A stretch of 64,000 nt of DNA. Source: Eubacteriales bacterium (GTDB taxonomy: Bacteria; Bacillota; Clostridia; Lachnospirales; WRAX01). The stretch is from the NCBI GenBank assembly GCA_031550435.1, contig JAVBOO010000012.1, forward strand, positions 831-64,830, in the 5' to 3' direction. Below the pieces are notes generated by a model that was not told the origin of the DNA, ran no database searches, and worked only from the letters and a program-made list of their open reading frames with translations. Of this stretch, positions 26,386 through 37,255 are shown piece by piece (within the stretch, counting starts at the first letter, position 1; the number at the start of each line of letters is the position of its first letter). A program made the position numbers and the translations under genes.

Positions 26386-27768
26386 ATGGAAAATTACAAT
26401 TTCTTGCCCGAACCATACAAAATCAAGATGGTAGAGCCGATACACCTTATCCCCAGAGAAGAAAGAGCCAAGGCTCTCGAAAAAGCCGGTTACAACCCGT
26501 TTTCGCTCAGAAGCAGGGACGTATTTATAGATTTGCTGACAGACAGCGGAACAGGCGCCATGAGCGACAAGCAATGGTCTGCTCTCATGCTCGGCGATGA
26601 ATCGTATGCCGGCAGCAACAGCTTCTATGAACTCGAGGCCGTCGCAACGGATCTTTTCGGCTATAAATATATACTGCCGACCCATCAGGGCAGAGGCGCT
26701 GAGCAGGTTCTCTTCCCTCAGTTTATCAAAAAAGGGCAGGACGTAATCGGCAACATGCATTTTGACACGACTATGGCACATATTGAACTTTCGGGCGGCA
26801 TACCCGTGAATCTTGTTCACGACAGAGCGTTTGACACCCAAGTCGAGCACCCGTTTAAAGGCGATTTTGACCTTGAAAAGCTCGAAAACTATATTAAGAC
26901 CAGAGGCCCCGAAAATATCGCGTTTTGCATAATTACCATCACTTGCAACAGCGCCGGCGGCCAGCCCGTTTCCATGGCAAATATCAAGGCAACAAGCGAA
27001 ATATGCAAGAAATACGGCGTTAGAGCTCATATGGACTGCGCGAGATTTGCGGAAAACGCTTACTTCATAAAGAAGAGAGAAGCCGGTTACGAAAATAAGT
27101 CCATCAAAGAAATTATCAGAGAGATGTTCACATATACCGAGTCGTTTACCTTGAGCGCGAAAAAAGACGGCCTTGTCAATATCGGCGGACTTATAGGCGT
27201 AAAGCAGGAAGAACAGACCTATATTAACGCTCGTTCGATGCTGGTTCCCATGGAAGGCTTCGCTACTTACGGCGGACTTGCAGGAAGAGATATGGCCGCT
27301 CTCGCCGTCGGTCTCACGGAAGTTGTCGAAGAAGACTATCTCGAAAGCAGAATTAATCAAATCGAATACCTTGCCGAAAGACTTAAATCTTACGGAGTGC
27401 CGTTCCAGACTCCTGCCGGCGGACATGCAATCTTCCTTGACGCGAAGAAGATACTTCCGCATATTCCTTACCATGAATTCCCGGCTCAGGCTCTGGCTAA
27501 CGCGATATACCTTGAAGGCGGCATCCGCCCGGTCGAAATCGGCTCCTTCCTGCTCGGAAGAAACCCGCAGGGCGAGCAGCTCGAGTCTCCGCTCGAACTC
27601 GTCAGACTCACCATCCCCCGCAGAGTTTACACGATCAGCCATCTCGAGTACATAGCTCAGATATGCGCAAAGGTCGCGAAAAACGCAAGCGAGCTTAAAG
27701 GTCTAAAAATAACATTCGAACCGCCGGTGCTCAGACACTTTACGGCAAGGCTCGAGCCTCTCAAATAA
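26386..27768 (+). CDS. tnaA: tryptophanase (tryptophan indole-lyase), PLP-dependent beta-eliminating lyase
   Basis: 460 aa, colinear with TnaA/TPL (MENYNFLPEPYKIKMVEP, DLLTDSGTGAMS, PTHQGRGAEQ, SAKKD). FDTT and LRHFTA match the TnaA-type Asp and His rather than the Thr and Phe of tyrosine phenol-lyase. Confidence 0.8.
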   Translation: MENYNFLPEPYKIKMVEPIHLIPREERAKALEKAGYNPFSLRSRDVFIDLLTDSGTGAMSDKQWSALMLGDESYAGSNSFYELEAVATDLFGYKYILPTHQGRGAEQVLFPQFIKKGQDVIGNMHFDTTMAHIELSGGIPVNLVHDRAFDTQVEHPFKGDFDLEKLENYIKTRGPENIAFCIITITCNSAGGQPVSMANIKATSEICKKYGVRAHMDCARFAENAYFIKKREAGYENKSIKEIIREMFTYTESFTLSAKKDGLVNIGGLIGVKQEEQTYINARSMLVPMEGFATYGGLAGRDMAALAVGLTEVVEEDYLESRINQIEYLAERLKSYGVPFQTPAGGHAIFLDAKKILPHIPYHEFPAQALANAIYLEGGIRPVEIGSFLLGRNPQGEQLESPLELVRLTIPRRVYTISHLEYIAQICAKVAKNASELKGLKITFEPPVLRHFTARLEPLK

Positions 27769-27786
27769 GCCAATAAGCTCTGATTC

Positions 27787-27840
27787 GAAAAAGTGGCTGT
27801 ATCCGCGACTAAAATCGCAGATACAGCCATTCTGATTTTA
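27787..27840. terminator. bidirectional terminator between convergent tnaA and metK
   Basis: GGCTGTATCCGCGA (27795-27808) pairs with TCGCAGATACAGCC (27815-27828). An A-run lies upstream and a T-rich tract downstream. Confidence 0.7.
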
Positions 27841-27899
27841 TAGTCAATTTAAGCCAAAAACGGTCTAAAACGATGCCGCCTGACTAACCGCCTCGGAAC

Positions 27900-29081
27900 T
27901 TAATTCAGCTCTTTTTTGAGCTCCTCGGCCTTGTCCGTTCTTTCCCACGGCAAATCAAGACTAATTCTGCCGAAATGACCGTATGCCGCCGTTTGCTTGT
28001 AAATCGGGCGGCGAAGGTCAAAATGCCTTATAATCGCTGCCGGACGAAGATCAAAGTGCTTACGTATAAGCTCCGTAATACGCTCGTCGGGCAATTTTCC
28101 TGTATTATTTGTGTTTACGGATATGGATACCGGGTGCGACACTCCTATCGCGTAAGCCACCTCAATCTGACACTCTTCCGCAAGCCCTGAAGCAACAATG
28201 TTTTTTGCGACATACCTTGCCATATAGCAAGCCGAACGGTCAACCTTTGTCGGGTCCTTGCCTGAAAAACAGCCGCCGCCGTGCGAAGCATATCCTCCGT
28301 ACGTATCGACGATTATTTTCCTGCCGGTAAGCCCGCAGTCGGCCTGCGGACCGCCGATGACAAATCTTCCGGTCGGGTTAACATAGATTTTTGTGGTATT
28401 GCTCAGAAGTTCGGCAGGCACTACGGGCTTTATCACGTATTCGATTACATCATTTTCGATACGCTCGTGCGTAACATCCGCGTCGTGCTGGGTAGATACG
28501 ACGACACAGCTGACCCCGACGGGCTTTCCGTCCTCATAGTTCACTGTTACCTGAGATTTCCCGTCCGGTCTTAAATACGGAATTGCGCCGTTTTTTCTGA
28601 CCTCGGTGAGCCTTTTTGTAATCCTATGCGCAAGATAAATAGGCATCGGCATCAGTTCATCGGTATCGCGGCAGGCATAGCCGAACATCATACCCTGGTC
28701 GCCCGCTCCCGTGCTTTCCTCATAATCGCCGGAACCCTGCTTCGCCTCCAGCGCCTTGTCAACGCCGAGGGCTATGTCCGGAGACTGGCCCTTAAGCGAT
28801 ACGATAACGGCGCACGAATCAGCGTCAAACCCTATATCAGAGTTGTTGTAGCCTATTTCTCTTACAGTCTGCCTGACAACGCTTTCAATATCGACATAAC
28901 AGTCGGCCGTAACCTCACCGGCAACAAATACAAGTCCGGTTGTAGCCATTACTTCGCAGGCCACTCTCGCGTTCGGATCTTTTGCAAGCATCGCGTCAAG
29001 TATCGCGTCGGATATCTGATCGCACATTTTATCCGGATGGCCCTCAGTTACGGACTCGGATGTAAAAACGTATTTACTCAT
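27900..29081 (-). CDS. metK: S-adenosylmethionine synthetase
   Basis: 393 aa. [48 protein letters not shown]. Confidence 0.95.
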   Translation of the reverse strand: MSKYVFTSESVTEGHPDKMCDQISDAILDAMLAKDPNARVACEVMATTGLVFVAGEVTADCYVDIESVVRQTVREIGYNNSDIGFDADSCAVIVSLKGQSPDIALGVDKALEAKQGSGDYEESTGAGDQGMMFGYACRDTDELMPMPIYLAHRITKRLTEVRKNGAIPYLRPDGKSQVTVNYEDGKPVGVSCVVVSTQHDADVTHERIENDVIEYVIKPVVPAELLSNTTKIYVNPTGRFVIGGPQADCGLTGRKIIVDTYGGYASHGGGCFSGKDPTKVDRSACYMARYVAKNIVASGLAEECQIEVAYAIGVSHPVSISVNTNNTGKLPDERITELIRKHFDLRPAAIIRHFDLRRPIYKQTAAYGHFGRISLDLPWERTDKAEELKKELN

Positions 29082-29577
29082 TATTTTCCTCCTTCGTTGA
29101 CTCGGTTGCGCTCTTTTCCCGCTCTTTTTCTTTCAGCATTTTAGCAAGCTCGTCCATGAACGTATCAATGTTCTTGAACCGCTTATACACGGACGCAAAA
29201 CGAACGTACGAAACCTCATCCGTTTCCTTTAATTTGTCCATTACAAGCTCGCCTATGTCACGAGAATCGATTTCCCTTTTCATCGAATTCAGAAAAGTAT
29301 TTTCTATCTCCGTAGCTGTCTGCTCTATCTGCTCCATGGTGACACTTCTTTTGTTGCACGCGCTCATAAGGCTTCTGACTATTTTCGACCTGTCAAAAGC
29401 CTCCCTTGTGCCGTTACGTTTAATAACGGTCATCGGTATCGTATCCAGACGCTCATACGTCGTAAACTTCTCGTTGCAGCTTTCGCACTGCCTCCGCCTT
29501 CGGATTACTGTGTTTTCGTCCATTGCCCGCGAATCGTTTACTTTCGTATCAATATTTCCGCAAAACGGACACTTCAT
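29074..29577 (-). CDS. nrdR: transcriptional repressor NrdR
   Basis: 167 aa. Zinc ribbon [20 protein letters not shown] plus an ATP-cone. The stop overlaps the metK start by 8 nt. Confidence 0.9.
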   Translation of the reverse strand: MKCPFCGNIDTKVNDSRAMDENTVIRRRRQCESCNEKFTTYERLDTIPMTVIKRNGTREAFDRSKIVRSLMSACNKRSVTMEQIEQTATEIENTFLNSMKREIDSRDIGELVMDKLKETDEVSYVRFASVYKRFKNIDTFMDELAKMLKEKEREKSATESTKEENNE

Positions 29578-29653
29578 CTGTTCACCTCTTGTATATCGGA
29601 AAGCGCAAAATTATTTTTAGCGCCGCCCGTGCATTCCCATTGTCACAGCCGGA

Positions 29654-29926
29654 TTATTCGCAATCCACAAGCACTTTTTCGGTATTAACATCCACGAGAA
29701 TTATATCTTCTCCCATTTGAACTATACAGTCCCACGGGATAATAAACTCCTGCTCGCTCCCGAAAATACCAAACATGCGACCGGGCCCGGCAACAATAAC
29801 GGCAACGATTTTGCCGCGTGTCACATCTATATCCAAGTCAGCCGCATAACCGAAGCGCGCGCCGTCTCTGACATTGATTACTTCCTTTTGCCGTATATCG
29901 TAAATTCTTGCCATAACCGTCACCAT
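29654..29926 (-). CDS. YlmC/YmxH family sporulation protein (PRC-barrel)
   Basis: 90 aa (or 86 from the second ATG). IRQKEVINVRDGARFGYAADLDID..GKIVAVIV is typical of the family. Confidence 0.75.
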   Translation of the reverse strand: MVTVMARIYDIRQKEVINVRDGARFGYAADLDIDVTRGKIVAVIVAGPGRMFGIFGSEQEFIIPWDCIVQMGEDIILVDVNTEKVLVDCE

Positions 29927-30058
29927 CCTTCATATAAATATATGGAGGCTCACGGTTGTACGATACCATATATGCATAAATGCCTGCCGGACAGCGATCT
30001 GGCATGATTTCTTGCGCAAGCATTCGTTTCCCGGACGAAAAGTACTCTATGGATACCG

Positions 30059-30319
30059 TTACTTTATATCAAAAATAAAATCATACTCGACCCATTCCTC
30101 TGACAGAATACCGGACGCTGTCAAACAGTCTTTCGGAACGTTTTCGGTCTCAAACTCGATGCAAAACTCCGCGTATGTCTCCCCTTCTATCAGCGCCGAG
30201 CCGGTAGCCCTGTAGCGCTTGCCCTCGCCCTCGACATACTCCGCGGAAAACAGTACATCCTCAACCTCAAGCTTGTTAAGCTCGGCCGCAATCTCGCTTT
30301 CTGTAAACGTGTATTTCAT
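30059..30319 (-). CDS. small acidic hypothetical protein
   Basis: 86 aa from the ATG at 30319, preceded by GGAGG. No family recognised. Confidence 0.5.
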   Translation of the reverse strand: MKYTFTESEIAAELNKLEVEDVLFSAEYVEGEGKRYRATGSALIEGETYAEFCIEFETENVPKDCLTASGILSEEWVEYDFIFDIK

Positions 30320-30681
30320 AAACTGCCTCCAAGTATTACTCTTTAGTAAGCGCAAAACAAATGGGATTGAAGTGAAAATCTCAAAACAAACCGTTTGCGC
30401 CGGTCTTATTTGAAATTTTTTGACATAGCCCGCACTTATTTAGGAAGTATATCACATTTATGCAAATTTTAAAGTCGTTTGGCTTTAAATTAATATTGAT
30501 TATTTTTGTGCTTAGACGTAATATTACCGAGTCGGCAAAATATTGTCAACTATTGTTGAAAAATCTTGCCGGTAAGAGTATAGTGACTTTGTATGTAAAC
30601 ATGTACCCAACGTAACCCGTATATTTTATGGCGGCATATGCCGGCCAAAATACAACCGTTACATTACCTTAAGGAGACACA

Positions 30682-33600
30682 ATGACAAATTACAGGCTCG
30701 GCATTGATGTCGGCTCAACGACAGTTAAACTCGCCGTTGTTGAAGACGACAGGCTGATTTACAGCGATTATTCCAGACATTATTCAAATATAAACGAAAC
30801 ATTAAACGCCGTGCTCGCCAAGGCAGCCGAAAAACTCGGAAACATACGTTTTTCGGCATGTATAACTGGTTCAGGCGGACTTACCATATCCGAAAGGCTC
30901 GAGGTAAAGTTTGTTCAGGAAGTCGAAGCGGTTGCAACGGCTCTGGGCAAGCTTCCAAAAGCCGTCGATGTCGCCATCGAAATCGGCGGGGAAGACGCAA
31001 AGATTCTTTACATGTCAAACGGCATTGAACAGCGCATGAACGGAATATGCGCCGGAGGAACGGGAGCGTTTATCGACCAGATGGCGTCTCTTCTCCGAAC
31101 CGATGCCGACGGGCTTAACGATTATGCGAAGTCATATAAAGTGATATACCCGATTGCCGCGCGCTGCGGCGTTTTCGCTAAAAGCGATATACAGCCGCTT
31201 ATAAACGAGGGCGCCTCAAAGCCGGATTTAGCCGTATCCGTGTATCAAGCCGTCGTCGCACAGACTATAAGCGGTCTCGCATGCGGCAGGCCCATAAGAG
31301 GCAGAGTGGCCTTCCTTGGCGGACCGCTGCACTTTACCTCCGAGCTTCGAAAGAGGTTTATCGATGTACTGAATCTCACCGAAGATCAGGTTGTGCTGCC
31401 CGAAAATTCGCATCTTTTCGCGGTTATTGGCTGCGCCGTTTCCTCTGTGGACGAAGAAAGCACGTCTTTTTCCGAGCTTATCACAAAGCATGCATCAGAC
31501 TCGAAATCATCGTTCGAAATATCGCGCTTGCAGCCGCTTTTTAACAGTGAAGAAGAATACGGCAATTTCAAGAAACGCCATTCTGATACCTCTTTGCCCA
31601 AACGCGAGCTTTGCAGCTATAAGGGGAAAGCTTTTCTGGGAATCGATGCCGGTTCGACGACCGCAAAAATGGCTCTTATTTCCGAAAAGGGAGAGCTTTT
31701 GTACTCGTTCTATAAAGGAAACCAAGGGCACCCGCTTGAGGTTATTACAGACGCACTCAAAGAGCTGTACGGTATGTTACCGCCTTCGGTAAAAATCGCT
31801 AATTCCGCTGTTACAGGCTACGGAGAAGGTCTTTTGAAAACGGCTCTTTCAATAGATATCGGCGAAATTGAGACCGTCGCGCACTATAAAGCCGCCGCGT
31901 TCTTTGAACCCGATGTTGATTTTATACTCGATATCGGCGGTCAGGACATGAAATGCATACGCCTGCACGACGGCGTAATAGACAATATATTGCTAAATGA
32001 GGCATGTTCCGCAGGCTGCGGCTCATTTATCGAGACATTCGCAAACTCACTCGGCTTCAATGCTGCCGACTTTGCGGAAATCGCGCTCGAATCAAAGCAT
32101 CCTATCGACCTCGGAACGCGCTGCACGGTGTTTATGAACTCCAGAGTCAAGCAGGCGCAAAAAGAAGGCGCGGCTGTGTCTGATATCTCTGCCGGACTTG
32201 CGTATTCCGTAATAAAGAATGCATTGCAAAAAGTAATAAAAATCACGGATCCGACAGAAATGGGTAAAAAAATAGTCGTTCAGGGCGGAACGTTTTACAA
32301 CAACGCAGTTTTGAGAAGCTTTGAGCTTATTGCCGGCAGAGAGGCGACAAGACCCGATATAGCCGGAATTATGGGCGCTTTCGGAGCGGCCGTTATTGCG
32401 CGCGAACGATACGAAGAAGGCTATGTTTCGACTCTCGCAGATATTGCCGGTCTTAACTCGTTTAAAACCGAGACGACCATGACCCGCTGCCGCTCTTGTG
32501 AAAACAACTGTATGCTGACTATCAACACGTTTGCCTCCGGTAATCGTTTTATCAGCGGAAATCGCTGCGAAAAAGGACTCGGAGCAGAAAAAAGCGATAA
32601 GAACCTGCCGAACCTGTTTGAGTACAAGTACAAACGCGTTTTCGCTTATGAACCGTTGCCTCTTTCCGAAGCGTCAAGGGGTACGGTCGGCATACCCAGA
32701 GTTCTTAATATCTTCGAAAACTATCCGCTTTGGCATACATTCTTTACCGCGCTGAAATACCGCGTTGAGCTTTCGCCGCGTTCTTCAAGAGCTTTGTATG
32801 AGACCGGCATAGAATCCATGCCCAGCGAATCGGTTTGCTATCCGGCAAAACTCTGCCACGGCCATATTATGTCTCTCATAAACAAGGGGATTGATTTTAT
32901 TTTTTACCCCAGTGTAGCTTACGAGAAAAAGGACATCGAAAAAGCCGACAATTGCTACAACTGCCCGATAGTAACGTCTTATCCCGAAAACATCCGCAAT
33001 AACGTAGAAGAAATACGGGAAAAGAACATAGATTTCCGCAATCCCTTCCTTAATATCGGCGACAGGCTGATTTTTATCGAAAGCATGATTAGGGCCTTTC
33101 CCGAAATCCCCAGAGGAGAAATCATGAAAGCGGCTTCTCTCGCTTGGGACGAACAGGAAGCTTTCAGAGCCGATATCCGCAGAAAAGGTGACGAAGCGCT
33201 CGAATACATAGACTCCTCGAATATACGCGGAATAGTCTTGGCAGGCAGGCCATACCATGTTGACCCCGAAATTAACCATGGGATTTCAGAACTGATTACC
33301 GGCTACGGCGCCGCAGTTCTGACTGAGGATTCTGTCGCGCACCTCGGTTTGGGACTCGAACGACCTCTCAACGTAATGGATCAATGGGCGTACCATTCCA
33401 GGCTGTATACAGCCGCGCATTTCGTCGGTACAAAAAAGAATCTGGAGTTTGTCCAGCTCAACTCGTTCGGCTGCGGCCTTGATGCCGTAACCTCCGATAC
33501 TGCGAGAGAAATAATCGAAGGCTGCGGCAAGATATACACGCTGATAAAAATCGACGAGGTAAACAATCTCGGCTCGGCTCGTATCAGAATACGCTCACTC

Positions 33601-34974
33601 TTTGCCGCTCTTGACGAAAAGAGGCGCAAATACCCGAATGCAGAGCTTAAACGCAGAAAACTAAAAAAACGCCCCGTATTCACAAAGGAAATGCGGAAAA
33701 ATCATACGATTATCGCCCCACAGATGTCTCCGATACATTTTGATATGGTTGAGGCGGCATTCAGATACAGCGGCTATAATGTAGTTATCCCTCCCGATGA
33801 CAACAAAAAGAGCATTGATGTCGGCCTGCGTTATGTCAATAATGATGCCTGCTTCCCTGCTCTTATAACCGTCGGTCAAATAATTAACGCGATAAAATCC
33901 GGCAATTATGATATAAACAACACGTCGGTGATTATAACTCAGACGGGCGGAGGCTGCCGCGCTTCAAACTACATAAGTTTTATACGCACCGCACTGACCA
34001 AGGCCGGCTACTCGCATATTCCCGTAATATCCCTCAGTGCGTCGGCTATAGAAAAAAACCCCGGCTTCAAACTGTCTCCGGGACTTCTTAACCGTGCCGT
34101 GCAAGCCCTGACATACGGGGACTTGTTTATGCGCGTACTTTATAAAACTCGACCCTATGAAGCGGTTCCCGGTTCGGCAAATGCTTTGCACAAGAAGTGG
34201 AACAATATTTGCATAAAATCACTGGAATCGGGCAATTTAAAGCTTTTCAACAATAACATCAAAGCGATAGTATCAGAGTTTGATACTCTGGCTCTTACCG
34301 GAGCGGTAAAGCCCAGAGTCGGCGTAGTCGGTGAAATTTTGGTTAAATTCCACCCGCTTGCGAACAACGACATAGTCGGCCTACTCGAAGCAGAGGGAGC
34401 CGAAGCCGTTGTTCCGGATTTGACCGATTTCTTCCTCTACACGTTTTATAACTCGAACTTTAAGGAAAAGCAGCTCGGCGGAAAGCGTGCGGTAACCTTT
34501 GTATTCAATTCGCTTATAAAAGTTATAGAGCTTTACAGAAAGCAAATGACCAAGGCGCTTGAAGAAAGTCTGCGTTTTCATGCCCCGCCTTCAATCAAGA
34601 CGCTTTCCGAGTACGCGAGTCCGATTGTCTCGCTCGGTAACCAGACTGGCGAAGGCTGGTTTTTGACGGCAGAAATGATAGAGCTGCTATACTCCGGGGC
34701 GAACAACATTGTTTGCGCTCAGCCGTTCGCGTGCCTGCCGAACCATGTAACCGGCAAAGGCATGATAAAAGAGCTTAAACGCCGCTTCCCGCTCTCAAAC
34801 ATAGTCGCAATCGACTATGACCCCGGAGCATCGGAAGTCAATCAGCTTAACCGTATAAAGCTCATGCTCTCGACAGCGAGGAGAAACATGAAGCTGAATG
34901 TTGACTACGAAAGAACCTCTGTACATACCGAAAGCACCGAAACAGGCAAAATTCCCGTTTTCACGGATAAATAG
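30682..34974 (+). CDS. giant 2-hydroxyacyl-CoA dehydratase activase-related fusion protein (two BcrAD/BadFG ATPase modules plus DUF2229-type C-terminal domains)
   Basis: 1430 aa. Two acetate/sugar-kinase-fold modules ([14 protein letters not shown] at aa 6, [14 protein letters not shown] at about aa 319), a Cys cluster [10 protein letters not shown], and a long conserved C-terminal region. Confidence 0.8.
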   Translation: MTNYRLGIDVGSTTVKLAVVEDDRLIYSDYSRHYSNINETLNAVLAKAAEKLGNIRFSACITGSGGLTISERLEVKFVQEVEAVATALGKLPKAVDVAIEIGGEDAKILYMSNGIEQRMNGICAGGTGAFIDQMASLLRTDADGLNDYAKSYKVIYPIAARCGVFAKSDIQPLINEGASKPDLAVSVYQAVVAQTISGLACGRPIRGRVAFLGGPLHFTSELRKRFIDVLNLTEDQVVLPENSHLFAVIGCAVSSVDEESTSFSELITKHASDSKSSFEISRLQPLFNSEEEYGNFKKRHSDTSLPKRELCSYKGKAFLGIDAGSTTAKMALISEKGELLYSFYKGNQGHPLEVITDALKELYGMLPPSVKIANSAVTGYGEGLLKTALSIDIGEIETVAHYKAAAFFEPDVDFILDIGGQDMKCIRLHDGVIDNILLNEACSAGCGSFIETFANSLGFNAADFAEIALESKHPIDLGTRCTVFMNSRVKQAQKEGAAVSDISAGLAYSVIKNALQKVIKITDPTEMGKKIVVQGGTFYNNAVLRSFELIAGREATRPDIAGIMGAFGAAVIARERYEEGYVSTLADIAGLNSFKTETTMTRCRSCENNCMLTINTFASGNRFISGNRCEKGLGAEKSDKNLPNLFEYKYKRVFAYEPLPLSEASRGTVGIPRVLNIFENYPLWHTFFTALKYRVELSPRSSRALYETGIESMPSESVCYPAKLCHGHIMSLINKGIDFIFYPSVAYEKKDIEKADNCYNCPIVTSYPENIRNNVEEIREKNIDFRNPFLNIGDRLIFIESMIRAFPEIPRGEIMKAASLAWDEQEAFRADIRRKGDEALEYIDSSNIRGIVLAGRPYHVDPEINHGISELITGYGAAVLTEDSVAHLGLGLERPLNVMDQWAYHSRLYTAAHFVGTKKNLEFVQLNSFGCGLDAVTSDTAREIIEGCGKIYTLIKIDEVNNLGSARIRIRSLFAALDEKRRKYPNAELKRRKLKKRPVFTKEMRKNHTIIAPQMSPIHFDMVEAAFRYSGYNVVIPPDDNKKSIDVGLRYVNNDACFPALITVGQIINAIKSGNYDINNTSVIITQTGGGCRASNYISFIRTALTKAGYSHIPVISLSASAIEKNPGFKLSPGLLNRAVQALTYGDLFMRVLYKTRPYEAVPGSANALHKKWNNICIKSLESGNLKLFNNNIKAIVSEFDTLALTGAVKPRVGVVGEILVKFHPLANNDIVGLLEAEGAEAVVPDLTDFFLYTFYNSNFKEKQLGGKRAVTFVFNSLIKVIELYRKQMTKALEESLRFHAPPSIKTLSEYASPIVSLGNQTGEGWFLTAEMIELLYSGANNIVCAQPFACLPNHVTGKGMIKELKRRFPLSNIVAIDYDPGASEVNQLNRIKLMLSTARRNMKLNVDYERTSVHTESTETGKIPVFTDK

Positions 34975-34986
34975 CGGGGGGCTCTC

Positions 34987-35970
34987 ATGAAATCCAAACA
35001 GCCTAAGACTGCGGAAACAACGGAAAAAAATGAAAAACCGGAAAAAAAACCGAAACAAAAAACAAGAGAACAAAAAATCAGCAGGCGCTACTTTGTGCTA
35101 AAAATAGCGTTTGCTGTTGTTGTCATACTGCTCGGGATAAGTATCTATTCAAATGTAGACTACCTTATTTTCAAGTATCTAATCGCTCAAAATTATATTT
35201 ACACCGATACGCTCGATACGATCTACAAGCAGCAGCTCGGTGAAGAGAATTTCAGCGGAAACTACCTGAAGGATTTTGACAATGTCGTTATCGGCATAGT
35301 TACGCAAAAAATCCGCGAAACCGGAGGGGATCGCTACACGTATTTGTATACTCCCGTTCAGCTCCAAGCGCAAAATACCGCAACTCGGGACGAAGCGAAA
35401 CAAACCGAGATAAAAGAACTGACGCCGGAAACTGTTTATTTCAGGCTGCCGAATGTTTCGAAATACTCTCTTGATTATGTTTCGAAAAATAAAGAAAAAC
35501 TTAACGGCTACGATAACCTGATAATAGACCTGCAATCGAACCACGGAGGCGAAATCGACGTACTGTACAAGCTTTCCGATTTGTTCCTCCCCAAAGGCAA
35601 AATAATAGGCAGGGAAGTTACGAGGCTTCCTATATTCTCAAAAACAGCAAAAACTAAGTCTGACAGTTACGCTTCTTATAAAAATATCTATATTTTGATA
35701 GACGGACAAACCGCGAGCGCGGCGGAAGGCTTTACAATGTCTCTGAAGGAGAACCTCAACAATGTAACCGTTGTCGGAAAACAATCCTTCGGTAAAGGCA
35801 TCGGTCAGATTACGCTGCCGCTTCTGCGCGGATATGCCGTTAAAGCTACTGTATTGAAAGTCGAAACACCTTTAGGCAACAGTATAAACAAAGTCGGCAT
35901 CACCCCCGATATAGAATACGATAAAAACGATATAGTCGATTACGTACTTAACAATGTGATCGGCAAATAA
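34987..35970 (+). CDS. S41 family peptidase (C-terminal processing peptidase-like), membrane anchored
   Basis: 327 aa. Basic N-terminus plus one TM segment. S41 core motifs DLQSNHGG, GQTASAAEGF (Ser) and SFGKG (Lys). Confidence 0.75.
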   Translation: MKSKQPKTAETTEKNEKPEKKPKQKTREQKISRRYFVLKIAFAVVVILLGISIYSNVDYLIFKYLIAQNYIYTDTLDTIYKQQLGEENFSGNYLKDFDNVVIGIVTQKIRETGGDRYTYLYTPVQLQAQNTATRDEAKQTEIKELTPETVYFRLPNVSKYSLDYVSKNKEKLNGYDNLIIDLQSNHGGEIDVLYKLSDLFLPKGKIIGREVTRLPIFSKTAKTKSDSYASYKNIYILIDGQTASAAEGFTMSLKENLNNVTVVGKQSFGKGIGQITLPLLRGYAVKATVLKVETPLGNSINKVGITPDIEYDKNDIVDYVLNNVIGK

Positions 35971-35987
35971 TTTCGGAGGTTACACCT

Positions 35988-36581
35988 GTGATTATAAACA
36001 ACGCAAGGCTTGAGACGAGCGCCGTCGAAAAAAGCCATTACCCGGACAGCGGTTTACCCGAGTTCGCTTTTGTGGGAAAATCGAACGTCGGTAAATCCTC
36101 GTTGATAAATTGTCTTGTCAACCGCAAAGCTCTTGCGAGAACGAGCCAAAATCCCGGTAAAACAAGGACTATCAATTTCTTTAATATTGAGGACATGCTT
36201 TTGTTCGTTGACCTTCCCGGCTACGGTTACGCGAAAATATCAAGATCCGAGTCGGAAAAATGGGGCAAAATGGTAGAAACATACCTGCTTAAACGCGAAC
36301 AGCTCAGAAGTATTATATTCTTGATTGATATAAGGCACGAACCGTCCGCAAACGATAAGATGATGTACGAGTGGCTGAGGCATTACGGAAAATCTGTGAT
36401 AACAGTTGCAACAAAGTCGGACAAGCTTTCAAGAAACGAAATCGCAAAAAACACGGCAATGATTCGTAAGACCCTCGAACTCGGCCAAGGAGATACCCTT
36501 CTTCCGTTTTCTAGCGAAACCAAAAGCGGGCGAGACGATCTGTGGGACATAATAAAGCAAAAGATCGAAACGTCCGAATAA
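35988..36581 (+). CDS. engB: ribosome biogenesis GTP-binding protein YsxC/EngB
   Basis: 197 aa. FVGKSNVGKSSLIN, DLPGYGYA, TKSDK. GTG start after GGAGG. Confidence 0.9.
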   Translation: MIINNARLETSAVEKSHYPDSGLPEFAFVGKSNVGKSSLINCLVNRKALARTSQNPGKTRTINFFNIEDMLLFVDLPGYGYAKISRSESEKWGKMVETYLLKREQLRSIIFLIDIRHEPSANDKMMYEWLRHYGKSVITVATKSDKLSRNEIAKNTAMIRKTLELGQGDTLLPFSSETKSGRDDLWDIIKQKIETSE

Positions 36582-36915
36582 GTCTGCACTTTTCTCGCAA
36601 ATGAACAACAACGCAAGAAATTACGAAGCGGCTTTTAAACAGCGGCTCTGCATCCGAGCGACGAAAAATCAAAAATTTCATGCGCAATTTTCCTCTTTTT
36701 GTTACGTGTTTATTAAATTTTTATTAAACTTTAGCCGAATTAGGCCGTATATAAAAAAAACAGGCAGACAAATATCAATATTCGAGTAACGGCGTTTGAC
36801 GGTTTCAACCGTTTGGGATATTATAGGGCGCAGACTGAAACGACGCGCGTCATTATGTTCCAATACTTTGCGTCATCAACCGTTCGACTGTAAGCACAAG
36901 CTTTGGAGGTGCCTT

Positions 36916-37107
36916 ATGCGAAAAAAGCTTACTCTTTCACGAAAAAATAAAATTATTGCGGGTGTGTGCGGCGGTCTCGGCGACTACTTCAACATCGACC
37001 CGACAATAGTCAGATTAATATTCGTCGCCGTTGGGTGTATAAGCCATATTTGGCCGATTCTTCTGGCGTATATTGTATGCTGGGCAATTTTCCCGAGCGA
37101 GATGTAG
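36916..37107 (+). CDS. PspC domain-containing small membrane protein
   Basis: 63 aa from the ATG at 36916 (GGAGG RBS). KIIAGVCGGLGDYFNIDPTIVRLIFV. Confidence 0.75.
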   Translation: MRKKLTLSRKNKIIAGVCGGLGDYFNIDPTIVRLIFVAVGCISHIWPILLAYIVCWAIFPSEM

Positions 37108-37126
37108 CACGTGCCGATAAGAAATA

Positions 37127-37174
37127 AGAAAAGGCCGAGTAAGTCGATTGTTTCGACTTGCTCGGCCTTTTTTG
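37127..37174. terminator. bidirectional terminator between pspC-like gene and MCP gene
   Basis: AAGGCCGAGTAAGTCGA (37131-37147) pairs with TCGACTTGCTCGGCCTT (37154-37170), flanked by A- and T-runs. Confidence 0.8.
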
Positions 37175-37255
37175 CCGGCAGTGCCGGTCATTTCTCATTA
37201 TCGCATCGCCGCTCAAATCGGCCTATTACTTCGGTAATAAAACCTTACTCAAACT

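Noticed and set aside
26338-27642. 434-aa ORF on the minus strand, entirely antisense to tnaA. Similar long antisense ORFs include 45139-45855 in glgB, 52832-53464 in leuS, 7886-8605 in the rsmF-like gene, 16679-17344 in the MFS gene, 4523-5092 in the ABC gene and 38280-38855 in the MCP gene.
   Set aside because: The antisense frame is codon-aligned with tnaA: each antisense codon is the reverse complement of a sense codon. It therefore stays open simply because tnaA avoids TTA, CTA and TCA codons. The translation is low-complexity with no recognisable family, while the sense strand has unambiguous homology. This is a codon-usage artefact.
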